DNA of 64,000 nucleotides from Chrysemys picta bellii. Its lineage: Eukaryota. The translations under genes were made by a program, and so were the position numbers. The stretch covers positions 13,082,001 through 13,146,000 of the forward strand of contig NC_088812.1 in assembly GCF_011386835.1 (NCBI RefSeq). Reading direction: 5' to 3'. The notes beneath the pieces were generated by a model. The model was not told the DNA's origin, ran no database searches, and saw nothing but the letters and a program-made list of their open reading frames with translations. Shown one piece after another: positions 23,570-34,282 of the stretch; positions within the stretch are counted from its first letter, which is position 1; every line of letters begins with the position of its first letter.

Positions 23570-24030
23570 GGTTGGGGTCTGCGATGGGCAGGGTCAGGGG
23601 GAGATTGGGGTCTGGGATGGGCAGGGCTGGGGGAGAGGTTTGGGGTCTGGGATGGGCAGGGCCAGGGGGAGATTGGGGTCTGGGATGGGCAGGGCCGGGG
23701 GAGGAGGGTTGGGGTCTGCGATGGGCAGGGCCCGGGTGGGGGGGGGGGAGGTTGGGGTCTGGGATGGGCAGGGTCGGGGGAGGAGGGTTGGGGTCTGCGA
23801 TGGGCAGGGCCCGGGTGCGGGGGGGGAGGTTGGAGTCTGGGATGGGCAGAGCTGGGGGGAGAGGTTTGGGGTCTGGGATGGGCAGGGCCAGGGGGAGGTT
23901 GGGGTCTGGGATGGGCAGAGCTGGGGGGAGAGGTTTGGGGTCTGGGATGGGCAGGGCCAGGGGGAGGTTGGGGTCTGGGATGGGCAGAGCTGGGGGGAGA
24001 GGTTTGGGGTCTGGGATGGGCAGGGCCCCT
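23570..24030. repeat. G-rich minisatellite (GGGGTCTGGGATGGGCAGGG core) upstream of AQP14
   Basis: Direct reading; about 32-34-bp period. Confidence 0.9.
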
Positions 24031-25652
24031 GTGTGTGGGGGTGTCTGACTCCCAACCTGAAAGCGGGGAGGTGGGCGGGGGTGGAGGGTGGGGGGAGTTT
24101 GGTGACTCAGGCACCTGGAAACCAGCGGGTGCCATGGCAACCTGCCCCTTTGAATCTCAAACAGGAGCCCAAGGCCTTTCTGAAGGGGGTTGTCAGGACG
24201 ACCATTGTTCAGGGCTGGGATTCTCCCTCCTACCGGAGATGAAAGGACCTGGGAGCGTGTGCACAGGTGAGTGTGAACGTCTGTGCCAGTGAGTGTGCGC
24301 AGGCAGGGGGAGGTTGTGGGTGCAAGGAGCGGGGGTGGGGCTATGGGGCTGGGGGCTGTGATTGGGGGTGCGAGTCTCCTCTCACGCCGCTGTCACACCC
24401 ATGGACCACTCCCCAGCCCCAGCACGGGGGCACCGATCCCAGCGGGGGCCTCTGGAGACGCCAGTAGCACCAGTGCCCCAGGAAAGGCCCCCGCCGGACA
24501 CCGGGACACACGGGGGAGCGTCCGCGGGGGCACCGGGCGCACGGGTCTGCGGATGAGCATGTGTCTGTATCAATCGCCCCATTGTAGAGCCAGGGAAAGT
24601 GAGGCGCAGGGGAAGCAATTCCTATTGGTGCAGCTGCGAAAGAACCCAGGAGTCCGGCCACAGTGCAGGAGGGGGACAGCGCTGGGCTGCCTGGGCTTCC
24701 AACCCCCTTCGACCGGAGGCCAGGGCCCTAAAGCCACTGGAGCCGTCCCTGGAGAATTCCCCTCCGCGCTGCCCCCCAGTGTTGCCCCCCGCCATCCCCC
24801 AAGAGCTCCAGCTGGAGTCAGCGGGCCTTTAGAGCTGAAGCACCCGGCTCAGCAAAAGCTGGGGGCGCGGCGGCCCCGGGCTGACCCCGGCCGGTGCCGC
24901 GCTGGCCCTATTCTTCCTGCCATTCTCTGCCTGGCGCGTGCTGACTTGCTGCAAAGCACCAGAACAATCAGCGGCCTCAATAGGTGAAACAAAGCCCCCC
25001 TCATCCCCCCCCGCTGCCACCCAGCTGGGACTCCAGCCCCCCCCCCCCCCCAACACACCCACGCTGGGCGGGCGGCCCTGTCAGCCCCCATCAGCATCAA
25101 ACGCCGGCCCAGCGAGAGCCCAGTTCTGCCCACCGCTGCTGCAGCCCTCGCTGCGCCCGCCCATGGGTGGGCACCGACGTTACTCTCCCCGTGCCAGCTC
25201 CCTGCCCGCCCCAGCCACCACGTGGGTGCCCCTGTCGTTGGCATCTCCACCCTCCACCCGTCCCTGTGCACACAGCTCCTCTTGTGCCCCCCCAGAGCTA
25301 GGCACTATGTTCAAAGAGCCTCTCCCCCACAGGGAACCACAGAGACACCCCCCAGTGAGGACCAGGGAGAAGCCCCCTCTCCCCTTTGCATGGAGCAGTT
25401 GCTGCTGTCCCATCGTGCCTTTATCCAACACCCACTGGGGATGACAAACTCCCCCTCCCGCCTTTCAGCCCCAATCCCTGGCACCGCTGCCCACACACGG
25501 CAGCAACTGGGGCTGTGCCCGGAGGGAAGGTGTTTGCGTTGTCCTGCCTCCCCGGCTCTCCTCCCCCCTCTGGGAGCCATGGGATGAGGTGAGACTGATC
25601 TGAGACCTGCTGGTCTGGGGCAGGACAAACCAGCCTCATATTCCCCCCACCC

Positions 25653-25775
25653 CAGGGTGACCAGATAGCAACTGTGGAAAAACGGGACGGGGGTGGGGGG
25701 TAACAGGCGCCTATATAAGAAAAAGTCCCCAAAAATGGGACTGTCCCTATCAAAATGGGACATCTGGTCACCCTA
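25653..25775. mobile_element. hAT (Blackjack-like) MITE, copy 2
   Basis: Same TIRs; 8-bp flanks CCCCACCC / CCCCACCT (7/8). Confidence 0.85.
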
Positions 25776-26384
25776 CCCCACCTTGTAAGCTTTGTGCTGT
25801 TCCAGCCAGACCATTCCTCTCCCTCCCGCCCCCAGCCAGTCAGGGGCACCTCTCAGTTCCAGGGGCTTGCTCTGTTTGGGGCATGAAACGCCCGTCCAGC
25901 CTCACCTCCTGCCCTGAGCCAGGCAGAGCGCAGGGGGACAGCGACTGGACGGGAAGCGCTCTCCCCAGGAGCAGAGGGAGGGGAATAAATGGGGCCAGGT
26001 GTGGAAGGGCCAAGGGAGAAACCTCCCTCAGAACAGAGCTTGGCCGACCTAGATCTGGGCTCCTTGTGGCATTTCCATCCTCTCGTAACTGAAATACGTG
26101 GGGCCTGTGAAAACACTGAACCCGATTATTCCGTAGCCTGGCGCTCCAGGCCCGATCCTCTGTGGCCGTGCGCCTTCTTGTGCAGTCATGTGTCCCCGCG
26201 CTGATTCTCACTCACGCAAAGAAACGTGGCATTCGTGAAACCTGGTGGAATGATTCCCACGACTGGACCATTAAAATCACCATCCACAAAAACCTGTGTA
26301 GGAAGGACAGAGGGAGACAGAGGTGGGTTTTGGGGGGGAGAGGCGCTCTAGTGAAATACACCCTTCCCTGCTTTAGAGATACTG

Positions 26385-26752
26385 GTAATTCAAGAACAAC
26401 AAGGAGTCTGGTGGCACCTTAAAGACTAACAGATTTATTTGGGCATAAGCTTTCGTGAGTAAAAACCTCACTTCTTCGGATGCATAGAGTGAAAGTTACA
26501 GATGCAGGCATTATATACTGACACATGGAGAGCAGGGAGTTACTTCACAAGTGGAGAACCAGTGTTGACAGGGCCAATTCAATCAGGGTGGATGTAGTCC
26601 ACTCCCAATAATAGATGAGGAGGTGTCAATTCCAGGAGAGGAAAAGCTGCTTCTGTAGTGAGCCAGCCACTCCCAGTCCCTATTCAAGCCCAGATTAATG
26701 GTGTTGAATTTGCAAATGAATTTTAGTTCTGCTGTTTCTCTTTGAAGTCTGT
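26385..26752 (-). mobile_element. Penelope-like element 3' fragment (end of GIY-YIG endonuclease region plus terminal repeat)
   Basis: Minus frame LQRETAELKFICKFNTINLGLNRDWEWLAHY; terminal segment GTGGCACCTTAAAGACTAAC...GCATAAGCTTTCG shared with 36080-36217. Confidence 0.85.
26443..26483 (-). ncRNA. Minimal hammerhead ribozyme motif (Penelope-associated)
   Basis: GCAU CCGAAGA A GUGAG guuuuua CUCAC GAAA GCUU AUGC. Confidence 0.65.
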
Positions 26753-26909
26753 AATGGTAATTCAAGCACAGGCTCCCGAATGCATGTGGATCAACCTGCT
26801 AACTAACGACACCCAGGCAGAGGTGCTGGCGGGCGTCCGTAACAGGCCACCGCATCAAAACAGAGAACAGGGGGCGAGTTCCTCCGTTAGCACCGGTCTC
26901 TGTAATGCA

Positions 26910-27205
26910 GAACTGCCAACCCCAAGGTTCAAAACTCACACGTCAGGCTCACCAAAAATCATGAGATTACGTAGAAATAAGAGATTTGGTGTTGTTTTGA
27001 TTCGCCTCCTGCTTTTTGAGCCTTCAGGGTGCACCGGCTTCCCATTTTGAAGCTTTCTCCACAGCCACAAGGGCTAGAAACGTACTTGTTCTTTAAGAAC
27101 AAAGGCTAAAATCATCCCAGATCCACTCGACTCCAGGAGCTGGGCCTTTAAGGAAAACAATCATTATCACGAGATTTATGACAAAATCAGGAGAGCTGGC
27201 ACACT
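26910..27205. mobile_element. Decayed MITE of a second family (GCCAAC...GTTGGC ends)
   Basis: Shares AAAATCATGAG, GGGCTAGAAA and CTCCAGGAGCTG blocks with 50325-50620. Confidence 0.55.
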
Positions 27206-27309
27206 GTGGAACGAACGGTGGGGTTCTTCTGGGGGGCTCTGATTTGGGAGACATATGCTGGAGATTCCCAGCTGCTGGTGGGAAAACATCATTAGCGTTT
27301 CTGGAAGTT

Positions 27310-27790
27310 ACAGGTGGTGAAAAACTGGAGAGGATGCAGAAAAGAGCCACCCAAAAGATTTAAGGGGCTCCCCTGCCCCTAACCAATCAGAGTTTGTCCG
27401 TGGAGAGGAACGGCTCTACAACAATGCCTGACACAACAGCGAGAGATTTAAGGAGCAAACTCTGTTTGGCTGGTCAGAGAGAAGCTGGAGGGGGAGCTGA
27501 TCACAGAGTGTATAAGTACCTTGCCGGGGAGATAACGCCAGACATCTAGTGGAGACCGGGAGACCAAGAACCAACAGCTGGTAGCTGAAACCAGACAAGT
27601 GCACATTAGAATGCAGCAGGCTCATTTGTATTTGTTTTTTAACAAGGAGGGTGATAAAGCATCGGAATACATTACCAGGGTCCTCAGATCAAGGCTGGCT
27701 GCCTTTCTGGAAGGTGCTTTAGCCAAACCCAGGTTATTGGGCTGAACGCAGGGGGAACAAGGTGAAAGGTCTGGCCTGTGTTGTACATTT
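27310..27790 (+). mobile_element. Old CR1 3' fragment
   Basis: EKLERMQKRATQKI remnant followed by decayed ORF2 end and UTR. Confidence 0.7.
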
Positions 27791-28899
27791 CATGCCCACT
27801 TTGCACTGGTCTAAATGACTGCACAGGATCTGGGCTGATGGAGAATCAGGCCCGAAATACAGAGCTCCAAAAATCTCCAGCGGCTTTGCTCGTGTCACAG
27901 GGGATGTGGGTGGAACGTTACTCGGTACCAATGTTCCACAGCAGGGTGGTGGGGAACAGTGTAAGTGGCTCTGGCTCCCAGCCCCGTTCTTCCTGAGTCC
28001 CTGGGTGAAAAGAAGCCACCGGTGGCACATGCAGCTAAGGCCGCCCCCAGGCAGGTTCCAACTGAACTGTTGAGGTGATATCCAGAGCCGAGAAGGAATT
28101 GCTGTCCGCAGCTTCAACGTCACCACAGACCTGCTGTGTGACTGCGTAAGTCAGTCCCCGCCCGTGCCTCAGTTTCCCCTCCCAGCCTTTGTCATACAGT
28201 TTAAGGCCAGGGGCGAGGGGCTGTTTCTCAGCATAGGTGTGTACACCGCCCAGCACAATGGGATTCTGTTCTACTCAGGTTCTTAGCTGTCCCTCCTCAG
28301 ATAGGATGGTGACGAGGGCTGTATAAATTCCTGATACACTTAGATTAGACCGAATAGTCTCTGGACTGAGAGGAAGGAGGGGCCAGTGGTTAGGGACCCA
28401 GCCTGGGACTTGGGAAACGCAGGTTCTGCCACAGACTCCCTCTGTGCGACCTTGGGTAGGTCATTCAGCCTTTCCGTGCCTCAGTTTCCCCACCTGTACA
28501 CTGGTGAGAATACTCCCGCCTCACCTCTCGGGGTGTTGTGAAAATACATATGTTAAAGACTACGCGGGGCTCAGATCCTGTGGTGAGGGGGGCCAGGTGA
28601 CCTTAGTGAGATCCTTGTTGGGGCAGGAACCATCCCGCCTGCTGTGTTTGTGCAGCGCCTGGCGCACTGGGGGTGCTGCTGTCAGACCCATAATAATAAA
28701 GTTGTTCTTTGTGGCACAGTCAGTTGCGGTGGCTGTCGAGGACCATGGGGACGTTACTATGGATTATAACAGGCACCGAATAGTAATAGCACTTTGCACT
28801 TCTCTGGGGCCTTCAGACCACATGGATCTGGGCAAATATCTGTGCCTGGCTCCCCCTGCCCCGCAGCTGGGCACAGAGTCAGAACAGGGGGAGCACTGG

Positions 28900-29330
28900 G
28901 ACTAGAACCCAGGAGTCCGGGCCCCCAGCGCCCCCTGACCACTCAACCCCACACCCCTCCCAGAGCTAGGGAGAGAACCCAGGCGTCCGGGCCCCCAGCA
29001 CCCCCTGACCACTCAACCCCACACCCCTCCCAGAGCTAGGGAGAGAACCCAGGTGTCCGGGCCCCCAGCGCCCCCTGACCACTCAACCCCACACCCCTCC
29101 CAGAGCTAGGGAGAGAACCCAGGTGTCCGGGCCCCCAGCGCCCCCTGACCACTCAACCCCACACCCCTCCCAGAGCTAGGGAGAGAACCCAGGCGTCCGG
29201 GCCCCCAGCACCCCCTGACCACTCAACCCCACACCCCTCCCAGAGCTAGGGAGAGAACCCAGGAGTCCGGGCCCCCAGGCACTAGACCCCACTCCCCTGC
29301 CCTCGCCAGGGATAGAACCCAGGCGTCCGG
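28900..29330. repeat. 70-bp tandem repeat, about 6 copies, next to the SPRYD4 promoter
   Basis: GAACCCAGG at 28905, 28975, 29045, 29115, 29185 and 29255. Confidence 0.95.
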
Positions 29331-29379
29331 GACCCAGGGCAAGGCCCCCTAGTCAGTCCCCCAAGCTGGGCTCTGGACC

Positions 29380-29560
29380 AGGGACTTGCCCCGCCCCTTT
29401 GTCAGGTGGGGGGGGTCAAAGGTCACGCCTAGGCCCCGCCTCCCTGGCTCCAGCGGAAGCCAGGCCCATCCAAGATGGCGGCGCTTCCGCCCGAGTCACG
29501 TGAGGCGGGAAGGCCGGGGAGGGTGGGGACTTGTCCCACGCGACTCCAAGATGGCGGCGC
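29380..29560 (+). promoter_or_regulatory. SPRYD4 CpG-island promoter (YY1, ETS, E-box and GC-box motifs)
   Basis: CAAGATGGCGGC at 29471 and 29547; CTTCCG at 29484; GTCACGTGA at 29495-29503. Confidence 0.65.
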
Positions 29561-29641
29561 CCATGCTGCGCGCTCTGCGGCGGCCGGGCTGGGGCCTGCG
29601 CGGGGCTGGGCGGCCCCGAGCGAGCGGCCCCCACCGGAGGG
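29551..29641 (+). CDS. SPRYD4: SPRYD4 exon 1
   Basis: CAAGATGGCG start in a CpG-rich region; 91 nt restores the exon 2 frame. Confidence 0.85.
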
Positions 29642-31648
29642 GTAGGCACCGGCCGGAGCCCCGCCCCCTGGGAGCCCCGCCCCCAACAGCCGCCGGGGGG
29701 GACCGCCCCCATGAAGGGCCGGCGTGGGGGGGTGGTACTGCCCCCCCCTCGGAGCCGGGGTGGGGGTGGGGGGCTGGTCCTGCCCGGCTCTGCCCCCTGA
29801 CCGGGCTGGGGGTTGCTGGGCGGGCTCGGGGGGGGGCTGGTGTTTGCCTGGCCCCGCCCCCCCCCCAGGGTTGTCTCGGGGGGGGGGTCTGCGGCTGGCA
29901 TGACATCACTTCCTCAACACTGACCTGCCCTGTTCCCCCCCCCCGCCTGGCCTGGGCCCGGGTCCTGCTCCCTGCACTCTTCATCCCCCTGTCCTGGGAC
30001 TGGGACCCTCACTCCCATTCTCCCCGCTGGGGCAGGGTGTGGTGCCCCCCCCCCCCCCCCCAGCTGGCCTGGGCCCGGGTCCTGCTCCCTGCACTCTTCA
30101 TCCCCCTGTCCTGGGACTGGGACCCTCACTCCCATTCTCCCCGCTGGGGCAGTGTGTGGTGCCCCCCCCCCGAAGGGTGGTGCAACCTTGTCAAGGGCTT
30201 TCCCAGCCCCCGATGCACGGCCCCCCCCAGCCCTGAGATCGCAGCCTGACCTTTCTCCCATTTCTCCGCCACCCGTTTCCTGGCCAGCTCGCTCTCCTCC
30301 CTGAGACTTGGCTCCCACCATGGAAAAGATGAGAGCAGCTGCAGGGGCGGCTGCTTTTACAGGGCCGTTGAGCTCAGCCCCACGGTTCAGCTTTGTTTAA
30401 GAACCATCCGGGAGTGTGATTTGCGTGGCACGAGCGCCCGGCGGGGAGCAGGGAACCTGGCTGGGTGCTCGCAGGGGTCCCCGCACCAGAGACTGGCTTC
30501 AAATCGAGAGAAATGGGCGTTGGGTTCTTTAGATCTGTCTCCTGCGTTAGGATTCACGGTTTTTCCCTGATCCTATGAAGGGTACAAACGTACTCCTACG
30601 TTTTTTGCGGGGAAGCTCTCCAGGCGCCGAGACATTTTGCAACATTTGGGGGGTTTCTTGACTCACGGTAAAATGGCAAGAGTTGGCAATGCTGCGATCG
30701 TTAATGCCTGTATCCTTGCAACGCCCCTTGTGAGAGAGGGAACTGCTATTAACTTCATTCTACTGATGGGGCAGAAGAGAGATTTTCAAAAGTGACCTGC
30801 GTGTAAGACACAGAGCAGGGTCTGTCTCTTAACTACGCCTGTGCGGTGCCTAGCAGAAAGGCCCTGATCTCAGGTGCGACTGTAACCCTAAAAATGTCAG
30901 GTGTTAGCAAAACAGGAAAGGACCCTGAAGTATCATTTTTATTTTGTGTGTCCTTTAAACCAACAATCTAGCTCCCCACCCCAGCCCACTAATGTGAACT
31001 TTCTTGGTTCTAGTCATCTTGGAGTGGAAGAATTTGCTGTCCTAGTGGATTCTTTTTGTGAGCCCTCAGTAAAACTTCCTGTCTTTTCCCTCTCCTGCAG
31101 ACATCAGTTTCAAGCTAGACGAGCGAACGGCTCACAGCAGCCTGGATCTCTCCAAAAAAGACACCGGCGTCATTTACCGCATGCTGGGGATTGACCCAAC
31201 CAAGGTCCCCCAGAACCCCGAGCGATTTCGGGAGTGGGCGGTGGTGTTGGGGGACGCTGCCGTGTCCAGCGGCCAGCACTACTGGGAAGTGACAGTCAAG
31301 CGCTCGCAGCAGTTCCGTATCGGCGTGGCTGATGTGGACATTTCCAGGGATGGGTGCATTGGGCACGACGACCGCTCCTGGGTGTTTGCGTACTCCCACC
31401 ACAGGTGGTACGTCATGCTGGCCAATGAAACCACCCCCATCCGCAACGTTGGCAACCCCGAGCGCGTGGGGCTGCTGCTGGACTACGAGGGCAGGAAACT
31501 CAGCCTGGTGGACGTGGGCAAACAGGTGTTAATCCATACCCTGGCCACGGAGTTCCAGGGGCCCGTGGTGCCCGCGTTTGCTCTCTGGGATGGGGAGCTG
31601 CTAACTCATTCTGGGGTGGATGTGCCCAAGAACCTTCGGGACAGTTAA
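29551..31648 (+). CDS. SPRYD4: SPRY domain-containing protein 4; join(29551-29641, 31101-31648); 212 aa with an Arg-rich, mitochondrial-presequence-like N-terminus
   Basis: MAAPMLRALRRPGWG...HRR|DISFKLDERTAHSSLDL...ERFREWAVVLGD...HYWEVTVKRSQQFRIGVADVD...GPVVPAFALWDGELLTHSG. Phase-1 GT-AG intron (G|GTAGGC ... CTGCAG|AC). Confidence 0.95.
29945..30175. repeat. 117-bp direct duplication in the SPRYD4 intron
   Basis: CTGGCCTGGGCCCGGGTCC at 29947 and 30064. Confidence 0.9.
31101..31648 (+). CDS. SPRYD4: SPRYD4 exon 2 (SPRY/B30.2 domain)
   Basis: ORF 31181-31648 plus upstream codons after a pyrimidine-tract acceptor. Confidence 0.96.
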
Positions 31649-33125
31649 CGGTTAACCCCAGGGCCTGGGATGTCTGGACGTGTCCTTCTGTAGGGAGATC
31701 CTTCGACGATGCTTCAACGTGAGGCAGAGAAAGGGATTTGGTCAGTCCCCTCACCCCGCTTAGTCCAGAGGGGGCGCTCTCCAGGCAGTCTAGCGCTTGC
31801 TTTCCCCTTGGGAAGGAGCAGTCCCCTCTCAGCCCCTGCTAGGAACCAACTCCAGCTCTTCTGCTCAGCGAAAGCAGGGTCCTCAGGCCAAGATTCTGTG
31901 GCTCAACCCTGGAGCAGAGAAGCCCCCCGCAGCCCCTGGGGATCCGGCAATCCTGGACTTGTTTCCCTTCTCCATCTCAGCCGGTCCTTAGGAGCTTTGT
32001 GGCCATCTGCCACTCCTGTGCCAAGTGCCCTGCCGGTCCCTGCGCCCGTCCTCACCTAGCGCCCCGTTTGGCAGATTTGGATTTGAATGACATGAGGCTT
32101 TGCTGGAGGGAGGGAAGCGTCACTGTTGCTCCCTTCTGTCTCGGGGAGGGGAGGGGAGGACAGTTGGGCACAACAGCTCTCAGCCGGACGGTCCTGCGTC
32201 TCAGCGGCGGCACCCGAACCCAGCTGGAAACCTAGATCCCGTTCCCCTCCTGTGCTGGCAAACGAGGCCGTTACACTTCCATTTCCACAAGTGCTGTATT
32301 AATACGCAGCACGGGAACCAGCTCCCTCTTCTCCTACAGCATCCCCTCCAAAGCTGTGCTCACTTCCCCCCACTGTCTAGAACCAATCAGCAGGCCCCAG
32401 GGATGGGCAGGCAAACGGATCCTGGTGCCGATGCTGCCACGTGGCTGTTCCTAGGTGAAGGGGGAAAACCCAGGAAGGAGCATTAGTTTGGGCAGGGACT
32501 TTGGGTCTGTAGCTTTCCTCTCAGCCATGGTTTGTCTGGCTGAGCCGGGGGAGGGGGAACAGTGCTACCCCCACCCCCCGACCCATTTGCCTCTGCCCCT
32601 TCGCAATCCTCCAGGGCAGGGGTGGCCAGCCTGAGGCTGAGAAGAAGCCAGAATTTACCAATGTGCATTGCCAAAGAGCCACCGTAACATGTCAGCAGCC
32701 CCCCGTCAGCTCCCCCCTCCGCCCCCAGTGTCTCCCACCCGCCAGCAGCACCGAGCCCTCCATCCCTGCACCTCCCACCCACCGCAATGAGCTGTTGTGT
32801 GGGGTGTAGGAGGCTCGGGGGGGATGAACAAGGGCACGGCAGGCTCAGGGGGAGGAGTGGGGCTGGGGCAGGGCCAGGGGTCGAGCAGTGAGCACCCTGC
32901 GGCACATTGGAAAGTTGGTGTCTGTAGCTCCACCCCCGGAGTCGGCGCCTATACAAGGAGCCGCATATTAACCTCTGAAGAGCTGCATGTGGCGCCGGAG
33001 CCACAGGTTGGCCACCCCTGCTTCAGGGGAAGATCCCATCCCTCAGCAGCCCCGGTGCATCCAGCTGCGTTCACACAAACCCAGCCCTGACTGTGTGTAT
33101 TGGCGGCCAGGCGTGTCTCCCCTGT

Positions 33126-33131
33126 AATAAA
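33126..33131 (+). terminator. Candidate SPRYD4 poly(A) signal AATAAA
   Basis: First AATAAA I found downstream of the stop, about 1.5 kb away; no transcript evidence. Confidence 0.3.
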
Positions 33132-33239
33132 CCGGAGAATCCTCAGTGGCGTGCGTCCCCTCTCTCTGCGCCGGTGCCGGGAGGGGACTCCTAGCGAAAA
33201 CAGCTGCTCCCTAAACAGTGCCCAAACGCAGCCGGGTTG

Positions 33240-33830
33240 GTCTGTCTGGGTCCCCCACCCGCAGCTCTGCCGGTGCTCCTCAATCCCGACCCACAGCCCC
33301 CTGCCAGCCCAGTCCTGGGCTCCCCCCAGCTCTGCCGGTGCCCCTCACTCCCGACCCACAGCCCCTGCTAGCCCAGCCCTGGGCTCCCCACCCCCAGCTC
33401 TGCCGGTGCCCCTCACTCCCGACCCGCAGCCCCCTGCTAGGCCAGCCCTGGGCTCCCCTCCCCCAGCTCTGCCGGTGCCCCTCACTCCCGACCCGCAGCC
33501 CCTGCTAGCCCAGCCCTGGTCTCCCCCCTGCTCTGCCGGTGCCCCTCACTCCCGACCCGCAGCCCCTGCTAGCCCAGCCCTGGTCTCCCCCCTGCTCTGC
33601 CGGTGCCCCTCACTCCCAACCCGCAGCCCCTGCTAGCCCAGCCCTGGGCTCCCCCCTGCTCTGCCGGTGCCCCTCACTCCTGACCCACAGCCCCTGCTAG
33701 CCCAGCCCTGGGCTCCCCCAGCCCTGCCGGTGCCCCTCACTCCCAACCCGCAGCCCCTGCTAGCCCAGCCCTGGGCTCCCACCCCCAGCTCCGCCAGTGC
33801 CCCTCACTCCCGACCCGCAGCCCCCTGTTC
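33240..33830. repeat. About 62-bp tandem repeat (CCCAGCCCTGGGCTCCCCCCAGCTCTGCCGGTGCCCCTCACTCCCGACCCGCAGCCCCTGCTAG); family dispersed across the window
   Basis: Other copies near 15540, 23150, 53510-53870, 55040-55400 (rev), 57080, 59920 and 62860-63330 (rev). Confidence 0.95.
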
Positions 33831-34282
33831 AGTAGGGGTCCGTCTTCCCAAAAGCCAGAATCTTGCTCTCAAATAAGGTCCCAGTGCTCCCCTCCTCTGT
33901 TCGGATTTATTAGGTGTGTAATGGTTGCACTAGGAGCTCCAGTCCTGGGCCCGTTGTGTGCGGTGCTGCACGAACAGAACAAAAAGCCGCTCCGGCCCCC
34001 AAGGAGCTCACAATCGAAGTGCGCAGACAGACCTGCTCAGAGATCTGGCCGTGCAGAAGTCGTGGGGCTAACAAGACGTGCGTTAAACCACTGCGCCAGC
34101 TGCTGTTCTCTGCCGGAGCTGCACTTCCCCCTTCCTCTGTACATGGTGCGCTCTGGGGAGGCAGCGAGACCCTCTGATCCGACTACTATGGGGAGAAATA
34201 ACCAACCAACCAAACAAAACAATCACTGAGAACACAAATCCACACACTGATCTCAGAGACCCACCCTCGCCCCAGAAACAAA

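Noticed and set aside
28920-29150. GCGCCCCCTGACC CTCF-like matches in the 70-bp array
   Set aside because: Only partial matches, inside a repeat, and present in just some units.
32400-33030. ORF 32483-33004 and short HVA-containing peptides resembling the GLS2 ankyrin motif ALHVAAAEGH
   Set aside because: Only 3-4 residues match, one case is on the wrong strand, and there is no flanking glutaminase similarity.
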